IMG/VR virus record: IMGVR_UViG_3300015370_000037
Location: 1 to 29,901 of that record
From: a virus
Taxonomy: Duplodnaviria > Caudoviricetes
Reading direction: 5' to 3' (one strand)
Length of the DNA: 29,901 nucleotides
In this document: one piece after another, positions 1-8,894 of the stretch
How positions within the stretch are numbered: the stretch's first letter is position 1
Layout of the letters: every line of letters starts with the position of its first letter
The notes under the pieces: model-generated
The model's database searches: none
Told to the model about the DNA's origin: nothing
Seen by the model: the letters and a program-made list of their open reading frames with translations, nothing else
Translations under genes and position numbers: made by a program

Positions 1-40
1 ACGCTTCTTGTGAGTGTGAGATTTGCGGAAAGGAGGAAAA

Positions 41-214
41 ATGATAGCCAGTCTTGAGAGGAAGATTATAATCGGGTTATGCCTGGTGATTTTGTGGACG
101 CTGTTGCAATCGGTGATCGTTGTCCCGAAGGCCGGGTATTTCGTGAGGAAAGCAAAACAGATGGTTGAGGAAATCCGGGACAAAGTGCCGCCAGAGTTGA
201 GGCCAAGTAATTAA
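41..214 (+). CDS. Small membrane protein (57 aa)
   Basis: SD AAGGAGG at 30-36 favours ATG 41 over the TTG at 23; one hydrophobic helix IIIGLCLVILWTLLQSVIVV. Confidence 0.7.
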   Translation: MIASLERKIIIGLCLVILWTLLQSVIVVPKAGYFVRKAKQMVEEIRDKVPPELRPSN

Positions 215-231
215 AAGTTTGAAGGAGTGAA

Positions 232-465
232 ATGGGAGTATACGATACTATAATTTTTCACTGCCCTAACTGTGGGGTAACACTAGACGCACAAAGTAAA
301 AGTGGAGCTTGTCTTCTTGAAGAATACACCTTAGAGAATGTCCCTTTTGAGGTAGCCTTAAATGCAAATCGACACGCTCCCTTTAATTGTGATTGCGGGA
401 AGTCATGGGAACTTGACATGAATTGGGCTGGCTTGAAAGTAATTCCAGCAAAAAAGATTAAATAA
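232..465 (+). CDS. Zn-ribbon hypothetical phage protein
   Basis: SD GAAGGAG; MGVYDT...CPNCG...QSK...CDCG, two Cys pairs. Confidence 0.75.
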   Translation: MGVYDTIIFHCPNCGVTLDAQSKSGACLLEEYTLENVPFEVALNANRHAPFNCDCGKSWELDMNWAGLKVIPAKKIK

Positions 466-494
466 CAAAACTTAGTAAAGGACAAGGTGAATAA

Positions 495-857
495 ATGACT
501 AAAGAAGACAGACTAATAGCTATAAAAGAAAGTGAGATAGAGCCAATTGATGAGGATTATGTAAGGACAGCAGTTTGGGCAAGGTTTTCTGACGATTATT
601 ATAGGGGCTACAACCAAGCCCTAGAAGACATTAAAAGCAAGGGTAGGGTTATTGATGAGGAGATGATTAAAGAAGTAATAGAAAACACCCCAACAATAAT
701 TGGTTTCCATGCGCCTCCCAACGAAAAACCCATTGAAGTTGAACAATATATTTGTGGTTTAGAAGCGGAACGGTTGACCCAAGCAATCTTACAAATGATG
801 GGAAAGGAGGTAAGTAATGGACAAGAAACTGCTAGAAAAACTGCCGGAAAATGTTAG
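495..857 (+). CDS. Hypothetical phage protein
   Basis: SD AAGGTG; GYNQALEDI-type motif common in small phage early proteins. Confidence 0.65.
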   Translation: MTKEDRLIAIKESEIEPIDEDYVRTAVWARFSDDYYRGYNQALEDIKSKGRVIDEEMIKEVIENTPTIIGFHAPPNEKPIEVEQYICGLEAERLTQAILQMMGKEVSNGQETARKTAGKC

Positions 858-1062
858 GATCAGGCTATTTGAGATCAATCCAAAGCTGGAGGAACTGGAA
901 AAAATTAAACACGAACTTCATGCTTTGGAAATGGAAGAAATGGCGGCCAAGCATAAGGAATTACGGGAAGAAGCTGAAAGGCGTGTCAAGGCTCAAAACA
1001 AACCCAGGATAACCACGGCCAACACCGGGCCGTTTCCTATGGCGACGGGAGGATATAATTAA
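817..1062 (+). CDS. Hypothetical coiled-coil protein
   Basis: SD AAGGAGGT upstream of ATG 817; E/K-rich heptads. Confidence 0.7.
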   Translation: MDKKLLEKLPENVRIRLFEINPKLEELEKIKHELHALEMEEMAAKHKELREEAERRVKAQNKPRITTANTGPFPMATGGYN

Positions 1063-1063
1063 A

Positions 1064-1309
1064 ATGGAAAAAATTGATTTTAGCTATTTAACTGATAAAA
1101 CCACATGGACTATTAACCCAAAAGAAGATAAAAAAACTTCTTGGAAAGATTTTAGATCAATTTATTATGATTGGCCAGATAATAAATTTAATATAGATTT
1201 ATATTCTAAGTCTTTATGTTGCAAAAAATATTTAACAAATCCAGATGATTGGGTATTATATTGCGACATTTGGAGCTTAAAATATTTTGAGGAATTGATG
1301 AATGTATAA
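1064..1309 (+). CDS. Hypothetical protein (AT-rich)
   Basis: Tightly packed between neighbours; overlaps the groES start. Confidence 0.6.
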   Translation: MEKIDFSYLTDKTTWTINPKEDKKTSWKDFRSIYYDWPDNKFNIDLYSKSLCCKKYLTNPDDWVLYCDIWSLKYFEELMNV

Positions 1310-1577
1310 ACTGCTCCACGAAACCGTGCTGATAGAACCAATGGCAGTAGAGCATAAGACTGATTCAGGGGTCATATTGGCTATCCTGGCTCCACACACG
1401 CCACTCGTCCGTCAATACTTTCCTGATCGGGCGATAGTCTTACAGATAGCCAAAGGCGTAAAAGACCCGCAGTTTAAGGTCGGCGATACGGTGGTTTATT
1501 TAAGATATGGGGCTAAGGAATTGGAAGAAGGCAAGGTTTTGGTAGATAGCAGGGATATTTTAGGAGTGATTGAATGA
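1302..1577 (+). CDS. groES: Co-chaperonin GroES/Cpn10 homolog
   Basis: KLLHETVLIEP (cf. PLxDRVLV), KTDSGVIL mobile loop, KVGDTVVY, C-terminal DILGVIE; SD GAGG. Confidence 0.9.
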   Translation: MYKLLHETVLIEPMAVEHKTDSGVILAILAPHTPLVRQYFPDRAIVLQIAKGVKDPQFKVGDTVVYLRYGAKELEEGKVLVDSRDILGVIE

Positions 1578-1740
1578 CTTATAAAACAGGAACATGGGGA
1601 TTACAAGCCAAAGAAAGAAGCAAAAGGCGAGCATTTCCCATTAAGAATGGGCTACAAGAAGGCCAAGAGGATATTGGAGAACATAGAAGTCATAAAAGAG
1701 TTTGTGGAGAAGATGGAGAAAGCTGAAAGGACATAAGTGA

Positions 1741-2037
1741 GTGAGGATCAATAGATTTAAGAGGTTATGGCCTAAGCTAAAACCTAAATTAAAAAAAGTT
1801 GCGCTTAGATTAGTTGGCGATCGTATTTATATAGACTTTCGTGATCTTATATCTGAAGGCATTATAGCTATCAAAAAATGCAAGACAACGACTAAAAATC
1901 CAAAAACCGTAAGCTACCTAATAACGCGTGGAAAGTTCGCAATGATAAAATTTATCAAAATCGTTGAAACCCACGCTCGTTACCGATCTCCGCACGATAG
2001 CTGCGACGATTTGCCTGATTACTACCGACTAAGTTAG
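1741..2037 (+). CDS. Sigma70 region-2-like protein, no region 4
   Basis: LKKVALRL...DFRDLISEGIIAI...SYLITRGKFAM resembles region 2.1-2.4 (DLxQEGxIGL...STYA..RI) of alternative sigma factors; only 98 aa. Confidence 0.6.
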   Translation: MRINRFKRLWPKLKPKLKKVALRLVGDRIYIDFRDLISEGIIAIKKCKTTTKNPKTVSYLITRGKFAMIKFIKIVETHARYRSPHDSCDDLPDYYRLS

Positions 2038-2094
2038 CATTGTATATATGAGGGAGGAAATAATGTCCTCTCACTAGTAACAAGGAGGAATACA

Positions 2095-2649
2095 ATGCTA
2101 AAGTTAATCGCCTCGTTCCTCGCTCTGTTTCTTTTTGCAACCGTTGCACTTGCCGGTGGTTCCTCGAATCGAAAGCCTATCAACTCCGTAACTGAATGGA
2201 CTGCCCCGGACGAAACCACAGCCCGCGCCGTCGAATACAAAAATACCACGATTGAAAAAACCATCATAGAAAAATATGTTAAACCAATCCCGGCCAAAGG
2301 AATGTTTTACGGTTTTGTTGAAGCGATCCCGGTTATCGGCCTTAGCTTTGACGACAGTTTAATCGGCCAGTTCTCAGGTTCAATCGGTTATACCAGTTTG
2401 AATGGAAACGCAACAGGGGTCATAACCGCAGACAAATCCTTTTGGCAGTCAGAGGATAAGTATCAATCACTAAACGCTGGCTTGGCAATCTATCCAGGCA
2501 ACAACAATATGCTAGGCGGTTATTTAGGCGTTGAATCTTATCTTTGCAGTAATATCGCGGTTTCTATGTTGCTTTGGCCTGTCCGGGTTAACAACCTAAA
2601 CCAAACGAACGTTAGCGAAGCCAGCTTGGCCGGGAAAGTCTTCTTTTAA
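2095..2649 (+). CDS. Exported protein, probable small outer-membrane beta-barrel
   Basis: Signal peptide MLKLIASFLALFLFATVALA; alternating amphipathic strands (FSGSIGYT, LNAGLAIY, YLGVESY); terminal Phe (LAGKVFF); SD AAGGAGG. Confidence 0.65.
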   Translation: MLKLIASFLALFLFATVALAGGSSNRKPINSVTEWTAPDETTARAVEYKNTTIEKTIIEKYVKPIPAKGMFYGFVEAIPVIGLSFDDSLIGQFSGSIGYTSLNGNATGVITADKSFWQSEDKYQSLNAGLAIYPGNNNMLGGYLGVESYLCSNIAVSMLLWPVRVNNLNQTNVSEASLAGKVFF

Positions 2650-2703
2650 TGGGACTAACTTGGGAAGAATGGTTTGTTGAGGCCTACTGGCAGGAGTTAA
2701 TGA

Positions 2704-2886
2704 GTGTCTAGTAAGTTTATTTGGCTAACATCTTATTGGGATGCACTGGAAGGGACGCAATTAGTTATTCATAAAGAAAAGCCCAAGAAAGAATTGTTCC
2801 CGGCAGGGGCGCTAATAATCAAACTAAAAGCCGAAAGCATTAAAGAAGTAAACGCCATGGACTTGACAAGGCCGGGAGTGCAGTAG
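2704..2886 (+). CDS. Hypothetical protein
   Basis: SD CAGGAG, GTG start, fills the gap before terS. Confidence 0.5.
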   Translation: MSSKFIWLTSYWDALEGTQLVIHKEKPKKELFPAGALIIKLKAESIKEVNAMDLTRPGVQ

Positions 2887-2887
2887 A

Positions 2888-3292
2888 ATGGTTGAGCAAG
2901 TAATAGACAAACCTAAGATGGGTCGGCCTCTTAAATACACAGATGAGAAGATAACTGCGTTAGCCAAAGAAGTCCATAAGATAGCAGATCAATGCCAGAA
3001 GTCAGGAATGATGCTCCATAGACATAAAGTAGCACTTCAATTAGGGCTTTACCCAGAGCATTTTTTGCAGTTTGCCGATAAAAATCAAGACTTCTCCTAT
3101 GCCATAAAACATCTAAAAGCTGTCCAAGAAATAAACTATCATGACTGTCTGGTAAAGAAAGGCTGTAACACCGTTGGAATTATATTTGCCATGAAGAATT
3201 GCGCAGGCTGGAGAGATCACCAAGACCACAACGTAACCCACAACTTCGTATGGACAACGATAGTCCAGGAGGCCGATGCTATCCAAAGCTGA
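2888..3292 (+). CDS. terS: Terminase small subunit
   Basis: MGRPLKYT N-terminus, IIFAMKN..GWRD motif typical of P22 gp3-like TerS; overlaps terL. Confidence 0.85.
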   Translation: MVEQVIDKPKMGRPLKYTDEKITALAKEVHKIADQCQKSGMMLHRHKVALQLGLYPEHFLQFADKNQDFSYAIKHLKAVQEINYHDCLVKKGCNTVGIIFAMKNCAGWRDHQDHNVTHNFVWTTIVQEADAIQS

Positions 3293-4739
3293 CAAACTAA
3301 AGATGGTCAAAGCCGCCAGAAAGTCTTCAGTCTGGTTTTGCGAGAAGGTTTTGCAGATTCAGACTTTAGCTTGGGACAAGCATAGAGAAGCTCTTGAGGC
3401 TATGCGTAACAACAAAAGGGTTGCCATAGCTTCAGGGCATTCAATGGGTAAAGACTTCCTGGGCGGGTTGATAGTTTTAGACTTTTTATTCAATAATCCT
3501 TCTTCGATAGTCATAACCACAGCGCCAACCGACAGGCAGGTAGAAAAGATCATTTGGGGTGAGATAAGCAAGTATTACAGGCCGGAGCTGGGCGGAGAGC
3601 TTCTTACCAAGCAGATAAAGATAGCGCCAGACTGGTATGCTATCGGATTCACCACCAAGGAAACAAACCAGATGATAGGTAAGTTCCAGGGTTTCAAGGG
3701 CAAGAATATCTTGGTGTTGGTAACAGAAGCCCATGCGGTAGAGGATTCTATTTATGAGCAGATCGAAGGCATACTGACCGCAGAGAACTCTAGGCTCTAC
3801 TTAGCTGGAAATCCCCTAAGGGCTGAAGGTTATTTCTTCAGAGCGTTTTCTGATCCTAGTTTTAAGACGTTTACCTGGTCATGTTACGAATCGCCTAACT
3901 ATCTAGCTGGTAAGGAAGTTATACCGGGAATGGTTGGCAAGGCTTGGGTAGAAGACAAAGAAAAAAGATGGGGTAAAGACTCGCCGATGTTCCAAGCCAG
4001 GGTTGAAGGAATATTTCCCAAGCACAGCACGAATACATTATTATCATTATATGAGGCCAGGGAAGCCGTAAACGCAACCGCAGTTGATGGAATCAAGGTG
4101 TTATCGATAGACCCATCCAGGTATGGCGAAGATACAACGGTATTCAGCTTTATTCAAGGCGGCTGGGTTATGAAACAGGTAGAACATCAGGGAAAGCCTA
4201 CGACGCATACAGAAGGCAGGGCGTTGAGATATATCGAGTTGTTTCACCCGGACGTTGTTATCGTAGATGAAGGCACGTTCGGGGCTGGTATTTTAGATCA
4301 TCTTTACGAGGAAGCCCCAAGGATGAAAAAGCAGGAGCGATATAATTTTGAGATACTGCCGTTTAACTTTGGGGGAAGCCCCGAGCTATCACACTTCGCC
4401 AACAAAGGCACGGAAGTTTATTACAACGTGTGCGAACGAATTAAAAGGGTAAAGGACATCCAGCTGCCGGATAACCCCGAATTGCATAATCAGTTAGCTT
4501 CAAGGCGTTACGAATATGACTCTAAGGGCAGGCTCAAGCTGGAAGACAAGGCCAAACACAAGAAACGCGGCTTGCCCAGCCCGGATAACGCCGATTCCAT
4601 GATAATGGGCCTGTATGTAAGTTTAGGGAATAAGATAAAGCCTGACCTGGAGAACGAAGACGAGAAGGATTTTAGTTATTTAGAAGCCAGCTTCAAGAGT
4701 GGTTATGTAGAGAAGGAGGACAGCATACACAATGTCTGA
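3276..4739 (+). CDS. terL: Terminase large subunit
   Basis: Walker A SGHSMGKD, TAPTxxQ, GNP coupling motif, nuclease acidic motifs SIDPSRYGED, IVDEG, SPDNADS. Confidence 0.95.
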   Translation: MLSKADKLKMVKAARKSSVWFCEKVLQIQTLAWDKHREALEAMRNNKRVAIASGHSMGKDFLGGLIVLDFLFNNPSSIVITTAPTDRQVEKIIWGEISKYYRPELGGELLTKQIKIAPDWYAIGFTTKETNQMIGKFQGFKGKNILVLVTEAHAVEDSIYEQIEGILTAENSRLYLAGNPLRAEGYFFRAFSDPSFKTFTWSCYESPNYLAGKEVIPGMVGKAWVEDKEKRWGKDSPMFQARVEGIFPKHSTNTLLSLYEAREAVNATAVDGIKVLSIDPSRYGEDTTVFSFIQGGWVMKQVEHQGKPTTHTEGRALRYIELFHPDVVIVDEGTFGAGILDHLYEEAPRMKKQERYNFEILPFNFGGSPELSHFANKGTEVYYNVCERIKRVKDIQLPDNPELHNQLASRRYEYDSKGRLKLEDKAKHKKRGLPSPDNADSMIMGLYVSLGNKIKPDLENEDEKDFSYLEASFKSGYVEKEDSIHNV

Positions 4740-6762
4740 AATGGTTAGCGACTTAGAAGAAAAGACCATGGTATCTAAAGAGTTAGGCGGTAATGATGAT
4801 AACAAGCCGGTTGAGCAGTTAGTTACGCCCAAGATGCAGTTTGGAACGTTAGAGCTGACGCCTAAGTTAAGAGAGAAGGCCAAGAAGGCTTTATTAGGCA
4901 GGTTTGAAGCTGTTAAGGCAAGCAGGGAAGCCCGATTCAAGATTTACGATAGGATAGACAGGCTGTATCGAGCTGACGCCGGTGGAAGCGATAAGCTGAC
5001 TTTGGCGCAGGTCATGACCACGGACGGCTTTAATATTGTTGAGGATTGGGTTAGCTATATGGTTGATACTTTGTTTCCGGTTGACCCGCCGTTTGATTTG
5101 GAAGGCAAGAAGTCTACAATCACAGATGAGCAGATAAATTATATTAAGCAGGTATTAGCTCTGAACATGAAGCAGACGCGGTATCAGCAGGAGGCGGAAG
5201 ACGTTTACCGGCAGGGAGTTAAGCTAGGCACGTTTGTTTCCAAGGCGACCATGACCATAGACGATGAGCCAAACATCAGGATTACTGACAAAGAAGAAGT
5301 TATCGAATATCAGTATGAAACAGAAGAAGGCGAAATGCTGCCTGTTACTGAAACCTTTCCCAGCCAGCAGATAGAGGAATACATCGAAGTTGAGGATCAC
5401 CCCGGATATAAGTTTGTTAATTTGAACAAGCTGTATTTCAGGCAGGATAAAGCTAATTGGGTTATAGAGCTGATGGATTCGACATGGGACGAAGTTGAGA
5501 AACAATCCAAGGGCGACGTAAAACTTTACGCTAACCTAGAGAACGCCAAGAAGACCAGCTATCCCAACGACCCTGAGTTGCAAGGCACGAAGGAAAAGGA
5601 AAAGACAGACGGGGATAACTTTAACAAAAACATTTACAAGTTAGACAGGAATTTAGAGCTGATGGAAGGCCACCATATCCCGGTTGAGATAGAGGACGGC
5701 AAGAAGGTTTTATGTATTATAACAATGGCCAACCGTGAAGAAGTTATCAGGGTGCAGCCGACCAGTTACAGGCAATTACCTTATTTATTCACGCAGTTCT
5801 TCAAACAACCTGGCGTTGAGGGTATGGGTTATTTGGAACTGGTTGAAAAGATATTAAGAGAGATAAACACCAGAAGGACATTGGCTTTAGATACTAACAC
5901 CATGGGGTTATACGGCATGAAGGCTGTCAACATGAGGTATATCAAAAAGCCGGAGCAGTTGAAGATAAGGAAGGACGGCGTCATAGAGCTAAAGGAGACC
6001 GATAAGCCGATAGACCAGATCATCCAGTTTTACAGGCCGCCGATGGAATACGCGGCCCAAGCTGAAGGTATGCTGGACAAGATAGCTGTACAGTTGGTGC
6101 AGACAAGCAGGATGAAGGGGATATTGGCTGGGGAGAAGGTTACTCCGCAACCAAGCGCGTCAGAGTGGGCTGGGATGATGAAGGAAGCTATTAAGTCAGT
6201 CAAGCTGATACTGAAACGGGTTTCAGAGGGTCAGATTGAGGAATGGTTGGAAAGGGCGTATGTTATGAACGTCTTGAACAGGCAGAAGTCCTGGAAGATA
6301 CCTGTCAAGGTAAAGACTCCGCAAGGAGAAATGCAGGTTATGGCTCCGCAGGAGTGGGTAGAGGTTACGCCCAAGCAGTTATACACAGACGGCATAGATG
6401 TCGAGGCTATCGGGATAGCTTACATGGAAGATTCGATAGTCATGCGCCATCAGCAAATGCAGAAGATGGAGATACTTGAGAAGTATGCCGGGATGCCTTT
6501 GATAAACGACGCGGGCCAGCCTGTTATACCTGATTTCTATAAGCAGTTGAAGCGGTTGTTGATTAATTTCGGAGAGGACGACCCAGACGCGGCGTTCAGG
6601 CTGGCTCCGCCACCGCCAATGCCAATGGGGCCTGACGGTCAGCCGATACCACAAGAAGGTCCGGGAATGCCGCCGGTAAACATGACACAGCAGAATCCAC
6701 CGACACAAGGGGCGATATTGGGCGAGGCCGCGGGTCAGGGAATGCAAGGGTTGGGGATGTAA
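4732..6762 (+). CDS. Portal protein
   Basis: 676 aa, directly after terL; largely helical; SASE motif (cf. TATE); Pro/Gln/Met/Gly-rich C-tail typical of P22-like portals. Confidence 0.88.
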   Translation: MSEMVSDLEEKTMVSKELGGNDDNKPVEQLVTPKMQFGTLELTPKLREKAKKALLGRFEAVKASREARFKIYDRIDRLYRADAGGSDKLTLAQVMTTDGFNIVEDWVSYMVDTLFPVDPPFDLEGKKSTITDEQINYIKQVLALNMKQTRYQQEAEDVYRQGVKLGTFVSKATMTIDDEPNIRITDKEEVIEYQYETEEGEMLPVTETFPSQQIEEYIEVEDHPGYKFVNLNKLYFRQDKANWVIELMDSTWDEVEKQSKGDVKLYANLENAKKTSYPNDPELQGTKEKEKTDGDNFNKNIYKLDRNLELMEGHHIPVEIEDGKKVLCIITMANREEVIRVQPTSYRQLPYLFTQFFKQPGVEGMGYLELVEKILREINTRRTLALDTNTMGLYGMKAVNMRYIKKPEQLKIRKDGVIELKETDKPIDQIIQFYRPPMEYAAQAEGMLDKIAVQLVQTSRMKGILAGEKVTPQPSASEWAGMMKEAIKSVKLILKRVSEGQIEEWLERAYVMNVLNRQKSWKIPVKVKTPQGEMQVMAPQEWVEVTPKQLYTDGIDVEAIGIAYMEDSIVMRHQQMQKMEILEKYAGMPLINDAGQPVIPDFYKQLKRLLINFGEDDPDAAFRLAPPPPMPMGPDGQPIPQEGPGMPPVNMTQQNPPTQGAILGEAAGQGMQGLGM

Positions 6763-7221
6763 ATGGCAGTAAGAACACCATTATTAAAGCCTGTCCCGAT
6801 TTCTGGTTATAGGGAATACCCGGAATTGAACCCTAGAACGGAACAGCAAGGTCTTAAATTATTGATGGAAGTTTTGGCACAGAATCCTTTTAGCCAGAAG
6901 TTATTCGAGCGATATATCGGATCGAGTTTAATGCCAGTAGAATTTATGGATCAGTTGGGCGGTTCTCAAAGAAGTGATTATGCAAGGTATCATCCAGAAG
7001 AAGGAATACAGATGAGCCAAGAAATGCCTTCAAGGGAAGTATTGCCAAGTTTAGTGCATGAGCTTCAACACGGCGTTAGAGATTGGGAAGGCGAATTGAA
7101 TAGATATAATCTAAAAGATTTGATAAGGGACATTATATCAGGGAGTTCTGAACGCAGGGGTTTAGAAGAAGCCCTTGCCGATCGCGCTCAAAGGTCGGGA
7201 ATCGTCAGGAGGTCGTATTAG
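6763..7221 (+). CDS. HExxH zincin-like metallopeptidase domain protein
   Basis: LVHELQH plus downstream EEALA third-ligand candidate. Confidence 0.65.
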   Translation: MAVRTPLLKPVPISGYREYPELNPRTEQQGLKLLMEVLAQNPFSQKLFERYIGSSLMPVEFMDQLGGSQRSDYARYHPEEGIQMSQEMPSREVLPSLVHELQHGVRDWEGELNRYNLKDLIRDIISGSSERRGLEEALADRAQRSGIVRRSY

Positions 7222-7484
7222 TGGACATCAAAGCACAAATAGAAGCCATAGAGGCAACGGTATCAACTTCCGGCTGGAGGGAGCTAAAGAAGTATTTCAG
7301 GAACAAGCAGACTGATTATTTGCGTTTATTAGCCGACACGCCATTAACTACGGAGCAAGGGTTAAAGAACGCCATGAGTTATCAAGCCATGTATCACGCC
7401 ATAGACGCTTTTTACGAAGATGTTAAAGACATTAGAGCCAATTTAGAGGATCAAGCAAATAAGGAAAAAGGAGGTGAAGCGTAG
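7221..7484 (+). CDS. Small helical protein of the post-portal position
   Basis: GTG start overlapping the upstream stop; TSGWRELKKYF pattern recurrent in podophage post-portal genes. Confidence 0.7.
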   Translation: MDIKAQIEAIEATVSTSGWRELKKYFRNKQTDYLRLLADTPLTTEQGLKNAMSYQAMYHAIDAFYEDVKDIRANLEDQANKEKGGEA

Positions 7485-7669
7485 TGGTAATGAATGCGAC
7501 CAAGGACCGGAAGTATGGAGGTAGTGCAGCTTCCCCGGTGGGATTAAAGAAGGAACAGAGCGGCAACAGGACTGGTAAAGGCGCAGGGACATATTTCAAT
7601 TCATTGGCTTATGCCGGTAATAAGATGGGCGGCAAGAAGAAGGACGTTATTATTAAGAAGAAAGCCTAG
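7484..7669 (+). CDS. Small basic G/K-rich protein
   Basis: SD AGGAGGTG; Lys/Gly-rich. Confidence 0.55.
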   Translation: MVMNATKDRKYGGSAASPVGLKKEQSGNRTGKGAGTYFNSLAYAGNKMGGKKKDVIIKKKA

Positions 7670-7681
7670 CAGGAGGAAAAT

Positions 7682-7876
7682 GTGCCAGTTGTTAAAGACG
7701 GCCCGAAAGGGCTAAATAACCAGCTTGAGGCGGTATATTCTAGCTGCATGAGCGGCCAGAAGGATACGCCGGCTAACCAGACCAGTTGTTCCAAACAGGC
7801 ATGGGCGGCTGTTAAGAACGCTGGCTGGAAGAAAGTTAAAGGCAAGTGGAGTAAGCCCAAGTCGAAACGCGTATAA
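7682..7876 (+). CDS. chaB: ChaB-like protein
   Basis: AVYSS...KQAWAAVKNAGWKK..GKW matches the ChaB signature (AFNSA...AWAAVK..Y.K...W); SD AGGAGG, GTG start. Confidence 0.7.
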   Translation: MPVVKDGPKGLNNQLEAVYSSCMSGQKDTPANQTSCSKQAWAAVKNAGWKKVKGKWSKPKSKRV

Positions 7877-7892
7877 AAAAGGAGGAAACGAA

Positions 7893-8894
7893 ATGGCAGG
7901 TTCAGTAGCTTTGGAAGACGTTGAAACCACAGCCAAGGATCAGGACACTACTTCTGATTCAAAAGCTGACATTAACGCCGACCAAACAACAGAGGCAGGA
8001 AATGAAGCCAAAGACGCCGGAGATACTTCGGAGTCAGCGGCGGAAACTTCTGCGGAAACTTCAGATGCGGGCGGACAAGCGTCTGGAAAAGAAGGGGCAG
8101 TGTCCGATGCGGGAGCGGTAAAATCTTTTGAGATAGGCGGCAAAGTCTATACTGAGGCAGAGTTAAATGAGAATCTCCAAAAGATTGGCAGGTATCAAGG
8201 GGATAGAGACCGGGCGGAAAAGGCGTTAGAGAATATAGTGGCTGGTATTAGGACTCAAGGGTATGAAGTTGACCCTCAGACGCGTCAGATTTACAGGCTG
8301 CAGGCACAACCAGCTCCTCAGCAGAGACAGGAGTTGTTAGAGGCGGCGGCGGCTGGAGATACCAACGCTTTGAATACGTTGCTGGAAGTTGAGAGAAGGG
8401 AAACAGCTTCAGCGATATTTCAAGGCGTGCAGGCGTATCAAACAGACGCAGAGACGTTAGGGAAAGTGGCGACTGAATATCCAGAGTTCTACAAGAAAGA
8501 CGGGACTGGTAATATCGTAAAAGACCAAAACGGCATAAATGTTATAGATTACGACAGCCCGCTTTCTAGGGAAGCCGCAAAGATTCTCGAAGCCAATCCA
8601 GGATTAGGGACTCCTAAAGGCATGATGACGGTAGGGGAACTAGCCAAGGCAAGGCTGTTAAAGAACGGCCTGCCGAAGTTGAAGCAGCAAATCGTTGATA
8701 AGGCGCAACAAAGGTTAGCGCAGACAGCTTCAACGGCAACAGGTTCTCCTGGTGGCAGCGAGGCTTCGGCGGGGGAGACGATGGAATTGACTGCCGAGCA
8801 GAAGCGTATCAATACCAAATTAGGGGTATCTAACGACCGGGTAATAAAGGCTATCCAACGTGCCAATAAAACAGGAGGTTATGAAATATCATGA
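7893..8894 (+). CDS. Capsid scaffolding protein
   Basis: Acidic disordered N-terminus, coiled coils, C-terminal LTAEQKRINTKLGVS capsid-binding helix-loop-helix; position between portal and capsid. Confidence 0.8.
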   Translation: MAGSVALEDVETTAKDQDTTSDSKADINADQTTEAGNEAKDAGDTSESAAETSAETSDAGGQASGKEGAVSDAGAVKSFEIGGKVYTEAELNENLQKIGRYQGDRDRAEKALENIVAGIRTQGYEVDPQTRQIYRLQAQPAPQQRQELLEAAAAGDTNALNTLLEVERRETASAIFQGVQAYQTDAETLGKVATEYPEFYKKDGTGNIVKDQNGINVIDYDSPLSREAAKILEANPGLGTPKGMMTVGELAKARLLKNGLPKLKQQIVDKAQQRLAQTASTATGSPGGSEASAGETMELTAEQKRINTKLGVSNDRVIKAIQRANKTGGYEIS

